In this document: positions 38,219 to 52,600 of the stretch, piece after piece | How the letters are laid out: each line of letters opens with the position of its first letter | How positions within the stretch are numbered: position 1 is the first letter of the stretch | Made by a program: the position numbers and the translations under genes | Origin: Lama guanicoe | Lineage: Eukaryota | Direction of reading: 5' to 3' | Assembly (NCBI GenBank): GCA_013239625.1 | Contig: MU056050.1 | Location: 3,892,084-3,956,083, forward strand | DNA length: 64,000 nt | The notes under the pieces: model-generated | What the model was told of the DNA's origin: nothing | The model's database searches: none | What the model saw: only the letters and a program-made list of their open reading frames with translations

Positions 38219-40363
38219 TCCCAACTAAACCCAGTATTTTAGACTTTCTCCTTGCAACATTGGCAGATGGAGAACTGAGTAGTATAATTTTCCCTTAGGT
38301 ACTCTGAGGTATCCAACCCCAGTCAAATGTTCTGTATGCATTGTGACCTACTGTACCTGAGGGGGTAATAAATATGAAATTATACGCTGCCCTATTTTGT
38401 CCTTCTGTGTATCATATTCTAAAGAAGAGTATGTAGCGGCTCTTGCTATATTGTTGAGGTCAGTGGCAGTTTTGCTGACAAATCATCAGATAACACCAAC
38501 AGCTTATAAGTCTCTGTCAATATATAAAACATACATCAAATACACTATGCAAAACTTTGGAAAATGAAAAAATACACTACACTTTAACAATGAAGAAATA
38601 GGTTTTCTTAGACAAAAGCTGACAAATTCCTCCTGACCTATTCATAATTGCCTAAAAGCTATTTTTGTGTTTCCATGTATCTATATGGACATAATATATA
38701 AATTTCTTTTCTAAGGTCATGAGTAACATGGAACCCAATTTTCTTTTTATATCTGGCATCTACATTTTCTGTTCACTTAAATGTTTTCCTGTTATGAAAT
38801 GCTGATCAGTCTGTCACATTGGCCTGGTTTATAATGGCTGTAAATGTGACATATAAGATGTTGTTTTAAATATGGGAAAGAACACTAAAGTGCATGCATT
38901 AGGGAAATTTTAAATTATTTTTAGAATACTACAACACTGTAGGTAGGGGTCAGAAATAAAAACACAAAACGTACTCCAGATGGTAGATGTTTCAAAGCAG
39001 AATGCTGTAGTTACCTCTTAGTAACATATAAGAACTGTCTTTGCCACCATCCCCACCAACATGCTCATTTCAGAGTAAGAAATTGATCTTACTCTTCAAA
39101 CTTGGAATAAAAAGTCTGAAGCAAGTAGCTCCTTCAAGGTTAGATTTTAAGACATAATCATCTCAAAGCAAGTGTATCTCTATAGTTAGTGACAGGTATA
39201 AACCACAGAATTTAACATTACATTCAAAAGTATTTGCTGAATAACTTCTGTGGCTATGGGCCTGATTTTTTTTTTCACTTTTGGGAGAACCAGTTGTTTG
39301 AAAATAAATTTGTAAGTTATTTCTTAGAGGTAAATTGTCTCTTTGGGATAACAAAATGATGTAAAATTGTCAAATTCTAGATTGTTCATATGCCAACTCT
39401 TAACCTAGTGGCTCCACTGTATGGCATACAATGAATGTAGAAAATTAATAAGAGTTAATCTCATTAAATATACAGTGGGATTCAGGGTATAAACTGAATT
39501 TTTAACATGGGACCAAAAGGTAAAGAGCCAAGTCATATTTCTAATTTTTCTGCAACTCGGTAGTATGGGAAGAGCACTGGGAGTCAAAGAATTTTGATCT
39601 ATTCTTGTCTTATTCTCATTGGATGATCTTCCTGGGGGTTTTGAACCAAATCCCTTAGGTCCCTCTTCCAATGAGTGATTCAGAGGCGAGTGATTCATGT
39701 TTCCATCTTAAATTCATTAGACCTGAAGAGAGAGTTCTTTCTGGATAAGATGTTCCACATCTCAGGCACTTTAGTTAAGTTTTGTTAGAGAAACACTCAA
39801 AAATAAAGATGGCCTTTTCTACATTTTTCTAAGATCATTCCTGTGAAAATCATTCTAACTACCTAAGGTTGGTCCCTGCCTGAGGTTAAAATAGAGAAAG
39901 ATAATTTTCTTTCGCCTTGATACAGTTTCATTCTGGCATATCTGTCAAATTGTTTGCATACAATAGCCAGAGGTTCAATTTCAGGACAGGAACATATCAT
40001 CTTTTATCATAATGTATTAAGCAGAAAGTACCTGTCTTAAATTTTGCTTGTTGCTTGTCATAGTAAAGAGTATGAAGAATGAATTAAGATTTATTTTTCC
40101 ATATATTCAAAATCTATCTTAATATACCGAGAAAGAGCTAACACACAAAGTATAATTAACAAGCAAGAAAATATATTTGACTAAAAAAAATTCTAGCAAT
40201 GAGATCTCCATTTTGTTTTCCTAACTTGGTATTAAAAAATGAAAAACACATTTTCTTTCTCCGCTGTACCGCTACCTTAACACCTCCCCATGCCACATTC
40301 CTAATTCTGATGTTCTGTTTTCACACCTTTTATGGAGTAGTTCAACCAGGTTTTGGAAAGACT

Positions 40364-40467
40364 TAATGAAATATGGAAATAAATATATCTATATATGCAT
40401 GATTGGGACATTATGCTATACACCAGAAACTGACACATTGTAACTGACAATACTTCAATAAAAAAAG
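40364..40467 (+). mobile_element. ~100-bp young L1 3' tip
   Basis: CACCAGAAACTGACACATTGTAACTGACAATACTTCAATAAAAAAA; matches 34665-34766 and the reverse of 45561-45670. Confidence 0.85.
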
Positions 40468-43014
40468 AAAATATAAGGCATTGCCATAGAAAATCTGATG
40501 TAATCTTTTGGGAAGTTTGCAGTCCAATGAGGAAGGCACAAAACACACAGCCATAAAGAAACACCCACACACACAAAACCACAAATGACAAAGACTCAAA
40601 AATATACCTAGAAATATTCGCTACAGGGAAGCAGACATGGGTTATATATGAAACTAAGTTAAGGTGAAAATAATCTCAGAAGATACCACAAGTAATCAAC
40701 TAATCAAAATTTCTGGTAAAATACTACTATTAAGAAATGATATGCATTAGCCTATGTAAGACATATTGTATATTGATAATAGGTATTGGTTTGTGAAAAT
40801 ATTGACTAAGGCTTTACTGAGAAATGCAAATTGTGAAATTTTAACATACCTGTGAGATTCAAACAGATTGTCATTCACTAAAAGTCATTGCTGACTGTAA
40901 TAGAACATGTTCAAACAATAAATGATTTACGTTGATAGAAAGGATTCAAGCAGGGCCTAATTGATGGATTTGGTAATAGATCTTTCTTACTTGGATCCTT
41001 GCCCACCCTGTCTTGCACTTAAGTGCTGAGAGGTTATTGTTGTCATTGAGATGACTGTGAGACTTCATGAACAGATTCACTGTAATGAATGTTTTGAAAC
41101 AAAGAAGACACATAGGAAGCTTGTTTGCATGAAAAATGAGATATTATTCTAGATAAGTAAAAATGCTTCAGATGGGCAGTCCATTTTTAATATCCAACAA
41201 AGGAAAATAGTTTTGTTTTGAGAAGAGAATAAAAGCAAATGGATGCTAAAACAGGATAATATTTACTACTTGCCCTTTAAATACTTTACTTTTTTTTTTG
41301 CTACATAAGCCATGCATACTCCGTTTAATAATTAAAACCACACAGCCACATATAAAGAAAAGCTTCATGATTTCCTCTTACCCCAAGTATCCCCCCAAGA
41401 TAACCAATGATAATATTTTCTTGTAGAACATGTACATTCTGTCCTATAATTGCACATCTATATTCATACTTTTTTTAGTTTGTTTTTTAATACAATCATA
41501 CCATTAATATTTTTTTTTTCTGATACTTTCTTTTCTTTTCACTCAAGATGTCTTAGAAATCACCTTGGATAAATTCTTATAGCTGAATCCATAGAACATC
41601 TGTGTCTTTTGTATATTATATTCCCTTGGAAGTGTCTTCTTGGGACTGTTTGTGGGGAGAGTGGAAGAGGTCAATGTAAACTATGGCTGAGGTAACTTCG
41701 ACAGTGGCAAAATAGGTGATGAGTTTCCTACCAATATTGACAGATGCACCTGATGGCAACAGATGCTTAAGGTGATTTTTGGCCTGTCACTCTTGGCGTG
41801 GCAATGTAGAAATGCTCATGTTCTATGCTGTTTCCTCAAATAATTGTCTGCAAGATAGAGGTTGCTATTTTTTATTTGAAACTAAAATTCCATAAATGAC
41901 ATTCTAAGGATATGAAGAGTTTCAGCGATGTGAAAATGAAATGGTTTGAATGGATCTTCTTCAATGTGGAGGCTTTTCTTTTCCTTTGAAAGAGGGAAAT
42001 ACTGAATAATGGCACGATTTACTGAAAAAGCATCTGAGATTGAACATGAAATTCAAATCGCTGAGAGCTTGTAAGTTCACGAATTACAGGAATATAATTT
42101 GGAAAACAGAAGGGAAAGCTTTGGAAAAGGGCTAATACAATATGAATGCTATATAGTACTTGATTGGTCTCTTTCATTATTCTAAAAACTCCCACTAAAT
42201 GGAACCCTCTTTAGAAATAAAGCCGAGACAAAGAATGAAATTGACTGCATGATTACAAATGATATGACATTCTTATCTATGACTTTCAAATGAATAGCAA
42301 CTGATTATACCTATGGATTTCACTTTTAAGAATAGTTTTATCACTTTGTAATAGTCAAATGAACTTCTATTCCAACCATACACGATTAAAAATGAAAACA
42401 GAATACAAAAAAATAATAAAAATCACCAACTGACTTAACAAATATAATAGAAAGCAAAGAAACTTGCCCTTAACTCCTTGATATATCATACATTTTTCTT
42501 CATTTGTTGTAAAAGAATTACATTTTTCTAATTTAGTGTTGAAAAACCAATTAGAAAACCCATCATGAGATCACAGTATTTAATCCCTCCATAGCCAACA
42601 ATAAAACCCTAAGTATCACGTGATTGTAAAGATGCCACAAAAGTAAGAGAACCACATAAAAATTATGAATGCAACTCTAAATTCATGGGGATAGGAAAGG
42701 CACAACCTCTAAAATAAACAGAAAAATTTATAAAAACTAATTATTGATTATTCTAAGGAGATCAAGCAGAAAAAATTATGACTATTTCAGTATCACTTCA
42801 TTTATGCGTTTACCTAACCAACCAAATAATGAATGAAGACTGGCTGCTATGAAAGATTTTTATGAGATGCATTGCCCTTGATTTCAAAAAGTTGCAAATT
42901 AGGAAAGAAAAACCTGCACAAAAATACAAGTGCAATAAGTGTAATACACTATAGAATGCAAGTACCAAGACAAAGGTAAAAATAAAATCCCCAAAGGAGG
43001 AAAATATTACTTCC

Positions 43015-43560
43015 AGCTTGTTGAAGGCTGGCCTCCTTGGCAAGCAGACTCTGAGACAAAGATTAGCATGCTGGAATTTTATTAGAGAGTCCTTCCAGAA
43101 TTAACACCTGTCAAGTGAAAGGAAGAAAATGAGATCAGGCAGAGGTGATGGGTGTTAATTAGATTTATTGTGGTGATCATTTTGTAAGATATAGAAATAT
43201 CAAATCATTATGTTGTATGCCTGAAACTAATGTAATACTATATATGTCAATTATACCTCATTAAAAAAAGGGGGAAGTTGGGCTACAAAAATTTGCCCTC
43301 AGAACAAAGATCTCAGTCAACCTCACAGTGCTCTGTGAAACTGGGATGGTTCTTCATAATTGTTCTGAGTTTGGATGAAGATGATGGACATTTATATCCC
43401 CTATCTACAAGTCACTGGATGCAAGGGCATGACCTCATGTGGCTAGATTCTCTTCAGATGAAATCCATTCCTGGATAAAGATGTCAGGCAGCAGTACTTC
43501 CAGCAGTCGTGGGCAGGGGACTAGCAGAATGCTGGAGCAAAGTATAATGTCCACTGCACA
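43015..43560 (-). mobile_element. Old ERVL-class LTR (LTR16/LTR33-like) split by an L1 tip
   Basis: AAGCAGACTCTGAGACAAAGATTAGCATGC...TTTATT...AACACCTGT; resumes GGGGAAGTTGGGCT after the insert. Confidence 0.6.
43144..43269 (+). mobile_element. L1 3' tip (L1MA9-like)
   Basis: TTATTGTGGTGATCATTTTG...CCTGAAACTAATGTAATA...TGTCAATTATACCTCATTAAAAAAA. Confidence 0.85.
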
Positions 43561-44039
43561 GATGAAGAAGTCAAAGTATTAGCACTCTAAGGAACCTTAT
43601 TAATTATCTCATCCACCTCATTATTTTTACCTGATAAAACAGATTAAATTGTTTCTTCAAGGTCACAGAGCTGGAGATAAAATTGAAACTAGAACTCACT
43701 CGATTGTTCTTTCCATTATTCATTCTAATACAACTAAAGTTTTCCCCATGCAAAGAATGAAAACAAGCAAAAGCAAACAAAACAAAAGAAAACAAAACAA
43801 ACACTAAAGCTGAAGCATTCAATACGTTGACAAAGGGCTGGAAAAATGTATATGAATTTAAGTAGATATTGCTTTATAAGTAAACCTCATGTAAATACAT
43901 CTTGAGTTTAAACATTTTTCATAAATATATGTAGCACTTTGCTATATTAGTCAAAATAACTAGAAATTGAAGAGTAATAGGACAATGCATACAATTACCA
44001 TTATTCCCAGTTAGTGACATTTCAACTTTACAGTTCTTC

Positions 44040-44390
44040 ACCAGGAGAAGCCTACTATTTCTTGCTCAAGGAGGAGGAAAGAGAACACCCAACAGTCAGA
44101 GTGTGATAAATTTCTATTTGTGTTATTTCTTTCAATTATCTTGACCGAACCCTCAGCAATCTCATGGTGGTGGCACCAAACACCCAGTGGGAGCCTACAG
44201 TAGCCAAAACTAAGAGGGAGAAGGCATTCTCTTAAAATATTCTGCTTCACCCACCCCCTTGTCCTCTGCTGCTTGGCTCTGGAAGTAGGTGCTGTTGCAG
44301 AAGTATGTGGCAGAGTAGGGATAAATAAAGCCCCAGATTTCTGAACACAGGACCAAAATTGTTATCCTTAGGAAACCATTAAGTTCCAAG
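44040..44390 (+). mobile_element. Possible ancient L1 5' UTR fragment
   Basis: GTGGCAGAGTAGGGATAAATAAAGCCCCAG resembles recalled old L1M 5' ends. Confidence 0.35.
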
Positions 44391-45422
44391 AATAGTCCAT
44401 TACATTTACTCTCATATTTACGTTTCTATTGCTATTACTTCATTTCCAGTGTTCCAAAGTATCATCTTATATCATTGTCTTTTAGTTTGAATAGATTTCA
44501 TTAGCGATTCTTCTAGAGTGTTACCTCCAATTTGTGGAAAGAGGACGGAGTAAGGGGTTTTATGATGCAGATTGTTCAAATATAGTAAATCCAAATGTAT
44601 TACTTGAATTGCTATTTAATTCAACATGTTGTAAAGAAATAGCTGATGCAAGTATATTTTATCTATAGCTATTTATCATTTATAATACCTGGAAACTACT
44701 GAGATTAGTATGACCTCAGATTGTAACATAACATAAAATTATACTGATGAACATTTTGTTGGTTTTGCTACACTCTGTAAATTCATCTTAAGATTTTGAA
44801 ATATGAATGAGAAAAAAGGAGGCATTTTCAAAGTTACTATACATCTGTTTTACCTACGAGTATCAGCAGCTTCAAATTATCTTCAGGGAAGATGGTTTCT
44901 TCTGTTTAGGAAGCATCCAAGTGGCCCTTTTAATTATTTAAATATAAAGTAGGTGCTCTTGCAAATGCCTTTAGAGAGACCGTAAAGTCCTGGTAATCTG
45001 AATTTGATCTTGAGTATTCCAACTGGTCATGCAAATTGCTGTCTAAGTTTGAGATTATGTAGGATTATGTAGCTTGGTTTTTTAAAGGGAGATGCAAGTG
45101 GGAAAAATAACTTCCTGGGTGCAGACAAATGGGAAAGTGCTTTAACAGTTTATGGAAAGAATGGTGCTTTGGGAGTACTGGGAGGCAACACTCTGACATG
45201 GACACTGTAGTAGCAGTGGAGAATCCTTTCCAGAAAGCTTTAAGGTAGAGAGACATTGGCTGAGGGGAATCAGAACAGGAAAGGAAACATATTACAGGCA
45301 CTCCTAATAGATAGACTGTAACATGAGGCACCTGTCTGAGGATATGAAGGAATAATTGCATAATATCCTGGAGGTGAAGGGATTGGGATGAGTCTCAACA
45401 AACACAGTGATATGGTTTAGAG

Positions 45423-48107
45423 CTGTGCTGTCCAATGGAAATTTTGGTATTAATATAGAAGTACTAGATCTGTGCTGACCAATGCAATCTAGTAACCACG
45501 AGACACAGGTGGCTATTGAACACTTAAAGTGTGGCTAGTGTGACTGAGGAAGCAATTTTTTTTAAATTGAAGTATAGTCATTTACAGTGTATCAATTTCT
45601 GGTGTACAGCTAATGTCCCAATCATGCATATCTATACATTTATTTATTTTCATATTCTTTTTCATGAAAGGTTATTACAACATATTGAATATAGTTCCCT
45701 GTGCTATACAGAAGAAACTTGTTTTTAATCTATTTTTATATATAGTGGTTAACATTTGCAAATCTCAAACTCCCAATTTTATCCCTTCCCACCCACTTTC
45801 TCCTGGTAACCATATGATTGTTTATTATGTCTGTGAATCTGTTTCTGTTTTATAGGTGAGTTTATTAGTGTCCTCTTTTTTCTTCTTTTTTTTTAAGATT
45901 ACAAATATGAGTGAAATCATATGGTATTTTTTTTTCTCTTTCTGGCTTACTTCACTTGGAATGATGATCTCCAGTTCAATCCATGTTGCTGCAAATGGCA
46001 TTATTTTATTCTTTTTTGTAGCTGAGTAATATTCCATTATATAAATATACCACAGCTTCTTTATCCAGTCATCAGTTGATGGACATTTAGGTTGCTTCCT
46101 TGTCTTGGTTATTGTATACAGTGCTGCTGTGAACATTGGGGTGCATGTATCTTTCTGAATTAGAGTTCCCTCTGGATATATGCCTAGGATTGGAATTACT
46201 GGTTTGTATGGTAAGTCTATTTGCAGTTTTTTGAGGAATCTCCATACTGTTTTCCATAATGGCTGCACCAAACTACATTCCCACCAACAGTGGAGAAAGG
46301 TTCCCTTTTCTCCACACCCTCTCCAGCATTTACTGTTCATGGACTTTTGAATGATGGCCATTCTGACTGGTTTGAGGTGATACCTCATTGTAGTTTTGAT
46401 TTGCATTTCTCTGATAATTAGCAATATTGAGCATTTTTTCATGTGCCTACTGGCCATTTGTACGTCTTCATTGGAGAATTACTTGTTTAGGTCTTCTGCC
46501 CATTTTTGGATTGGGTTTATTTTTGTTTGTTTGTTTGTTCTGTTATTAAGTTGTATGAGCTGTGTATATACTCTGGAAATTAAACCTTTGTCAGTTGTAT
46601 CACTTGCAAATATTTTCTCCCATTCCGTAGGTTGTCATTTTGTTTTACTTATGGTTTCTTTTGCTGGGCAAAAGCTTATAAGTTTAATTAGGTCCCATTT
46701 GTTTATTTTTGCTTTTTTTTTATATATTGCCTGGGTAGACTGCCATAGGAGAACATTTCTAAGATTTATGTCAGAGAATGTTTTGCCTATGTTTTCTTCT
46801 AGGAGGTTTATAGTGTCTTGTCTTATGTTTAAGTCTTTAAGCCATTTTGAGTTTATTTTTGTGTATGGAGTGAGGGAGTGTTCTAACTTCATTGATTCAT
46901 ATGCTGTTGTCCAGTTTTCCCAACACCACTTGGTGAAGAGACTCTCTTTTCTCCATTGTATATTCTTGCCTCTTTTGCTGAAGATTGACTACAGGCCTGT
47001 GGGTTGATTTCTGTGCTCTCTATTCTGCTGCATTGATCCATATGTCTGTTTTTATGCCAATACCACACTGTTTTGATTACTGTAGCTTTGTAGTATTGTC
47101 TGAAGTCTGGGAGGGTTATTCCTCCAGCTTCATTCTTTTTCTTCAGTATTGCTTTGGCGATTCTGAGTCTTTTGTGATTCCATATAAATCTGAGGATTAT
47201 TTGTTCTAGTTCTGTGAAAAATCTCCTGGGTAGTTTGATAGGGACTGCATTAGATCTGTAGATTGCTTTGGGCAGTATGGCTATTTTAACAATATTGATT
47301 CTTCCAATCCAAGAGCATGGGATGTCTTTCCATTTCCTTAAGTCATCTTTAATTTTCTTAATCAGTGTTTTGTAGTTCCCCATGTATAATTCTTTCACCT
47401 CCTTGGTCATATTTATTCCTAAGTATTTTACTGTTTTGGATACAGTTTTAAAAGTGATTGTTTATTTACTCTCTTTTCCTGCTATTTCACTGTTAGTGTA
47501 AAGAAATGCAGCTGATTTTTGTATGTTAATCTTGTGTCCTGCTACCTTGCCAAATTCTTTTATCAGCTATTGTAGTTTTTGTGTGATGCTTTTAGGATTT
47601 TCTATATATAGTATCATATCATCCCCATATAGTTATAATTTGACCTCTTCTCTTCCAATTTGAATCCCTTTTATTTCCTTTCCTTGCCTGATTGCTGTGG
47701 CTGGGACTTCCAAAACTATGTTGAATAGAAGTGGTGAGAGTGGACATCCTTGGCTTATTCCAGATTTTAGTCAGAAGGCTTTCAGGTTTTCACCATTGAG
47801 TACTATGCTGGCTGTGGGTTTGTCATAAATAGCTTTTATTATGTTGAGATGTGTTCCCTCTATACCCACTTTGGTAAGAGTTTTTATCATAAATAGGTAT
47901 TGAATTTTATCAAATTTTTTTCTGCATCTATTGAGATGATCATGTGGTTTTCGTCCTTTATTTTGTTGGTGTGGTGCTATCACATTAATTGATTTGCATA
48001 TGTTGAACCATCCTTGTGGAGGAACCAATTTTTAAATGTAACTTAATTTTAATTGCTTAAATGTAAATAGTCATATATGGCTAATTGCTATTTATTGGGC
48101 AGTGCAG
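45423..48107. mobile_element. MER3 hAT-Charlie MITE split in two (45423-45560 and 48019-48107) by a young L1
   Basis: TIRs CTGTGCTGTCCAAT / ATTGGGCAGTGCAG; internal GTGGCTATTGAACACTTAAAGTGTGGCTAG; 8-bp TSD GTTTAGAG / GTCTAGAA (NTCTAGAN-type). Confidence 0.85.
45561..48018 (-). mobile_element. Young 5'-truncated L1 (~2.46 kb; RT-to-C-terminus of ORF2 plus 3' UTR) with 15-bp TSD
   Basis: ORF2p fragments ([43 protein letters not shown]); TSD GAGGAAGCAATTTTT (45546-45560) / GAGGAACCAATTTTT (48019-48033). Confidence 0.96.
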
Positions 48108-48424
48108 GTCTAGAACATTAAAAACAAATGTGACATCATCTACTTAAAAGTTGTAAAAACATGAAGACTTCAATTACACATTTAAGACTGAGTCATAAAT
48201 TGAACTGAAAATGCATCTTTCTATGTAAAATAATTGGCAAAAAAAATTTTTAAAGTATGTCATTCTCCACTGCCTATGAAATAAAATTCAAAATCTTTAG
48301 CTGAGTATACAGAGCTTTCCAAAATTCTCTCCCAGGTCACTGTTCCAACCTTAAGTCCAAAAATCTTCTAATACAAAGCCCCTGTTGCTGAAGCTGATCT
48401 GGACTATATGCCCTTCCAAAGAAA

Positions 48425-48670
48425 TGAAGAAAGCAAGGTTTAGAAAGATTAAATTACTTATCCACAGGCTACAAAGGGGATAGATGCTCAAATCTAGGCA
48501 GTGTGATTCCAGAGCTCCTTCTCTTATCACTGTACTAGTTTCCCTATCTTCAAAATAAACATAGTAATAGTACCTACTTCATAAGATTGCTTGAAGATCG
48601 ATGAGATATTTATATGATGAGCTTGATTTTTACCTCGTACAGAACAAGTGCTTAATGAAAATTAGCTACT
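48425..48670. mobile_element. Two adjoining MIR fragments in opposite orientations
   Basis: GGTTTAGAAAGATTAAATTACTT (minus); GTTTCCCTATCT...TAATAGTACCTACTTCATA (plus). Confidence 0.6.
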
Positions 48671-49629
48671 GTCGATGCTACATCAATATTGTGACTTACA
48701 ATGTTTATTAATTGTAGTATTATAACACAGAATGAAACGAAGGATATGATTTTTCTATTTTAAGTCCAGTAGACTATTTTTGCTTTTGACCTATATTATC
48801 TTGACTAGCATTATGACATTTACAGATATTTCAAATAAAAATTAGTTCATTGATTAGTTCTATATCACTCTGGAGAAGTCCCACCACCCCAGAGCCACCT
48901 GAATTCTAAAGAAATGAAATGGCTTAACAAAGTGCCATGGTGCTAAAATAACATCATTTCAAAAATTACACTTGTGTATAAACAAACCAAAAGAAAAAAA
49001 AAACAGAATAAATGAAGAACAGTCAGTCACTGAAAGCCACAGTGGACTATAAACGAAAATGAGTCTCAAACAAGATCATTCCTCATGCCTTTTCGTCATG
49101 GAAAAGACAAAATGTGGAAAGGAGAAACTGAAATGCATTTGCAAGAAGTCAGACAAGTAAGGTTATTGAGCTTGTCTCTCTATCAGAGATAGAATAACCT
49201 AACTATGCTCTTGAGTATGCATAGTAAAGTTTATTATTTGCTTTTATAAAGTATGTGGCTCTGACCATAAGAAACTGCAACATAAATATAGGCTTTACTA
49301 TGAAATATAGTTTAGGAAGGCTGTCATCAGTTTAGAAATACATGACTAAAATTTCTCCCACAAAACAGAAGGGATTTAAGAAACAAATGTAGTTTTCATT
49401 GAGATATTTTTGTGCTCACAGTAAGTATTCAGAAGGGAAAAAATATTTATTAACAAATGAAAATATAAAAAGTATCAATACTTTCTAATATTTATTAATT
49501 ATTTTGAATGTTCCATATGTGGCTTAGAAAATTGAGGCAATGCTTATGAGATTATGCTATATAAATACTGATTGTTTTAGTAGTAGAATATAAAACCTGA
49601 AAACGAGATGTCCAGCAGGTAAATTCTAT

Positions 49630-49665
49630 TAAATAAATAAATAGATAAATAAATAAATAAATAAA
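49630..49665. repeat. (AAAT)n microsatellite
   Basis: Seen directly. Confidence 0.9.
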
Positions 49666-52600
49666 TTTTAAAAATCTAAAAATAAGAAGTCTTGGATGCA
49701 TGTCATGATTCATTTCCTCAGAGATTTTCTGCTTCTTTACCAATTGGTATAAGGAATTTTATTTCTCTCAGATTTCAAGAAGAATAAACCAAGCATATTG
49801 CTAAAGGTTTCAGAAATAGATACAAAATTCAATAAACTAATTTTAATCAAAGTTAAACAGTTGGATGAAATTTGTTATATTGTTAGTTTTATATTTTCCT
49901 AGATATTAGAAAGTACTATTCTATTTTGTGGATTTGATTGCAGTAGATTCTTGAGTAGGTATTTTCAGAGGAATTATTTGACCCTCACTTTATTGTGCAA
50001 CCTTTTATTATGTAAGAAATTGGATTAAAACTAGATTATACTTCATGTAATATTAATTGACTTTCTTGAACTTTTATTTGTAGTTTTTAAAAATAGAAAC
50101 ATTGTGTAAAGTTTGCTTAACTGTACAGAATTGCAAAGCCAAAGGAACGCAAAGAATCATTCTTTGGGAGAATTTCAATTTCTATATATTATTTAAAAGC
50201 CTGAAACTATCTGACTATTTCTTTATGACTTCAGTTCCTTTTTCACAAAATCTTTCCCCAAGTCTTCCATAAGGCCTCTTAAGATAAATGAAAGGATAAC
50301 CTAAATTAGCCAGTCAGTGCTTTTGACCCTTGGACTAATATAACTGTGAATATAATAAATTTGTTACAATGATGCATTTAGATCAGGTCAAAAAAGTAAC
50401 ATAGTTGAATGTGTTTATTTTGCTTTACAGTTGTGATATAGTTGAATGTTTTTTCTTTAAGCTCTCTGCTTCTATCACATCGTATCAATTGAGAGGATTC
50501 AGAATTTTTAGTACTGAAGGTCAGACACTACTAAGCACTAAAAGACTTTATTTAACTGAACAGGGAAAGGAGAAAACATCCAAGTTTAATTCAGACATTT
50601 GTGACCTCAGTTTAGATCTTTATTTTTATGTTAAATCCAAAAGTGTTGAATCTAAAATCAAAACAATATACTTTGTTCTGCTCTAGATTAAAATAGGTTG
50701 TGCTGTAATAGTTTTTAATATGTGTCTCACATCAGCCTATCTTCTGCTAATAGGTTAGTAACCTTCTATTTTTCTTTACCAGTGCAACCAATAAACACTA
50801 CTGTTATAAGGAAATATAATACTAATACAAGGCAACTTGTCTTTCGTGCTCATCATAAAAAATGTGTAATATGAGCATGCTGTGTATACACAATCAGCTC
50901 TTCCATTCTAGGGGAAAAGAGGGAGAAAAGATGATAAATTGGTGCATGGAAGTCTTTGTGGCACTAAATGACTCGAAGTAATGAGATATTATAATTCAGG
51001 GCACAATAGTAGCCCAACTGTTTGAAATTTTATATTATACTATATTAAATTTTTAGTTATCTGCTGTTGGTTTGGATATTATCTAAGATTCAGAGTTAGC
51101 ATTCACAAGGAAGCAACCAAGCATACAAATCTTAAAAAAAAAAAAATTAAAAACTGCAACAGTACAAGTTGATTTCCCAAGGATGCAAAGAGAATAATTT
51201 TCTACAGATGAAGCATACCTTTATGCACTCTATTGAAAATTAGGCATAGTGTTATACATTCATAATACATCTTGTAGCTCCTCAAGTACAAAGAGTGGGT
51301 TAGAACTAAAGTGTAAATCATATGCTTGTTTTTGGATTGCTTTATCTAATCCTTTATACATATATTAGTCCCGTTGTAAAATAGAGATGTGATTTTCCTT
51401 TCACAAGTCTAACTAAATCTTCACATTATGCAAATACACATCTGTTCAAAAAACAAAGCTAAAGAAACAATCCACATTTACTATAAAACAACAAAGATTT
51501 CAAGGATATTGGAGTATAATTTTGTTTTTGCTTTGTTTCAGCTGCATCAAGGTCTAATGGTAATGTACTACTGTTCTCCAAACAATAAAAAAAATTCCTT
51601 TAGAGTGTATTGACCACAATATAAGCAATGTCCTTAAATATTGTTATTTTAAACAAATAAATCTCAAAGGCAAACTAAGTATATTTTATATATTAGTAAC
51701 TTATAAAAAAAGGGAGAGTTAATATGAAAAACAGAGCTTGAACACACACTTTGCCACCAGATGATTTTAACAGTTCCTTCTCCCATCAACAGTGGGTTCA
51801 GTTATAAATGCTGTTCACTAATAGGATTATTTAAAATGAGACACCTAGAATATTCCACTTCAAGCTTGTTTTATTTTGGCAAGTGTTTAAATCCTTTACT
51901 CCACCCTTCTCCCCTTGTTATTAGAAATGTTGATTTTTAATTTGGAATTTTCCCTTCTCTTAACTTGAGTAATTTAGTTTAGTGACAGTCACCTTAATTA
52001 ATCAAACAATATATTTCCTGCTATTATCTGGCATTATATTCAAAGAAGACAAAGTGAATAATTTTATCAATAAGTCCAAACAAGAGAAAGAAAGATATAT
52101 GGAAAATAAAATGTACCTGGAAAATGAGTAAGAAGAGAGCTTTCAAGTGAATGATCATATTCCCTTTGGGGATACTTGTGGAATGAAGAAATATTGGGTT
52201 TTCTTTTCAAAAGATAACCTCTTTATTACAAGAATTAATTTCGGTCCTGAGATCAGTTAAGAAGGCAGTTTTTTTGGATTTAATCAGTTGTGCTCTCTGT
52301 CTGTGATTCAACAAGTATTTATCAAACATTGCATTATGCTAATTTTTAATTTTGTCTTTCAAATTTTAACAAAATTATTCAATTTGGTATGAAATGCTAT
52401 GGTTATAAAAGATATCTGCAGTTAAAGCTACTCTAAAAACTAGATTTCCTAAAAATGTGGATAAAATTACTATGCTTTTTGATTTTTCAAAGAGATCAGA
52501 AACCTCAATACAGGCAGACTATTTTCACCAGATGCTCAAGAAAAAGTTTTAACAGCTATATTACATTGTATATTCAAGATCCAATTTTAAAAAGAGACAA

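Noticed and set aside
40985..41092. Minus-strand 89-nt exon candidate (NLFMKSHSHLNDNNNLSALKCKTGWARIQ)
   Set aside because: Weak acceptor, unrecognised peptide and no compatible neighbouring exons.
33849..47410. Longest ORFs in the window (182, 149, 210, 203, 173 aa)
   Set aside because: These are L1 ORF1p/ORF2p fragments or their antisense shadows, frameshifted and truncated; no intact L1 and no host gene.
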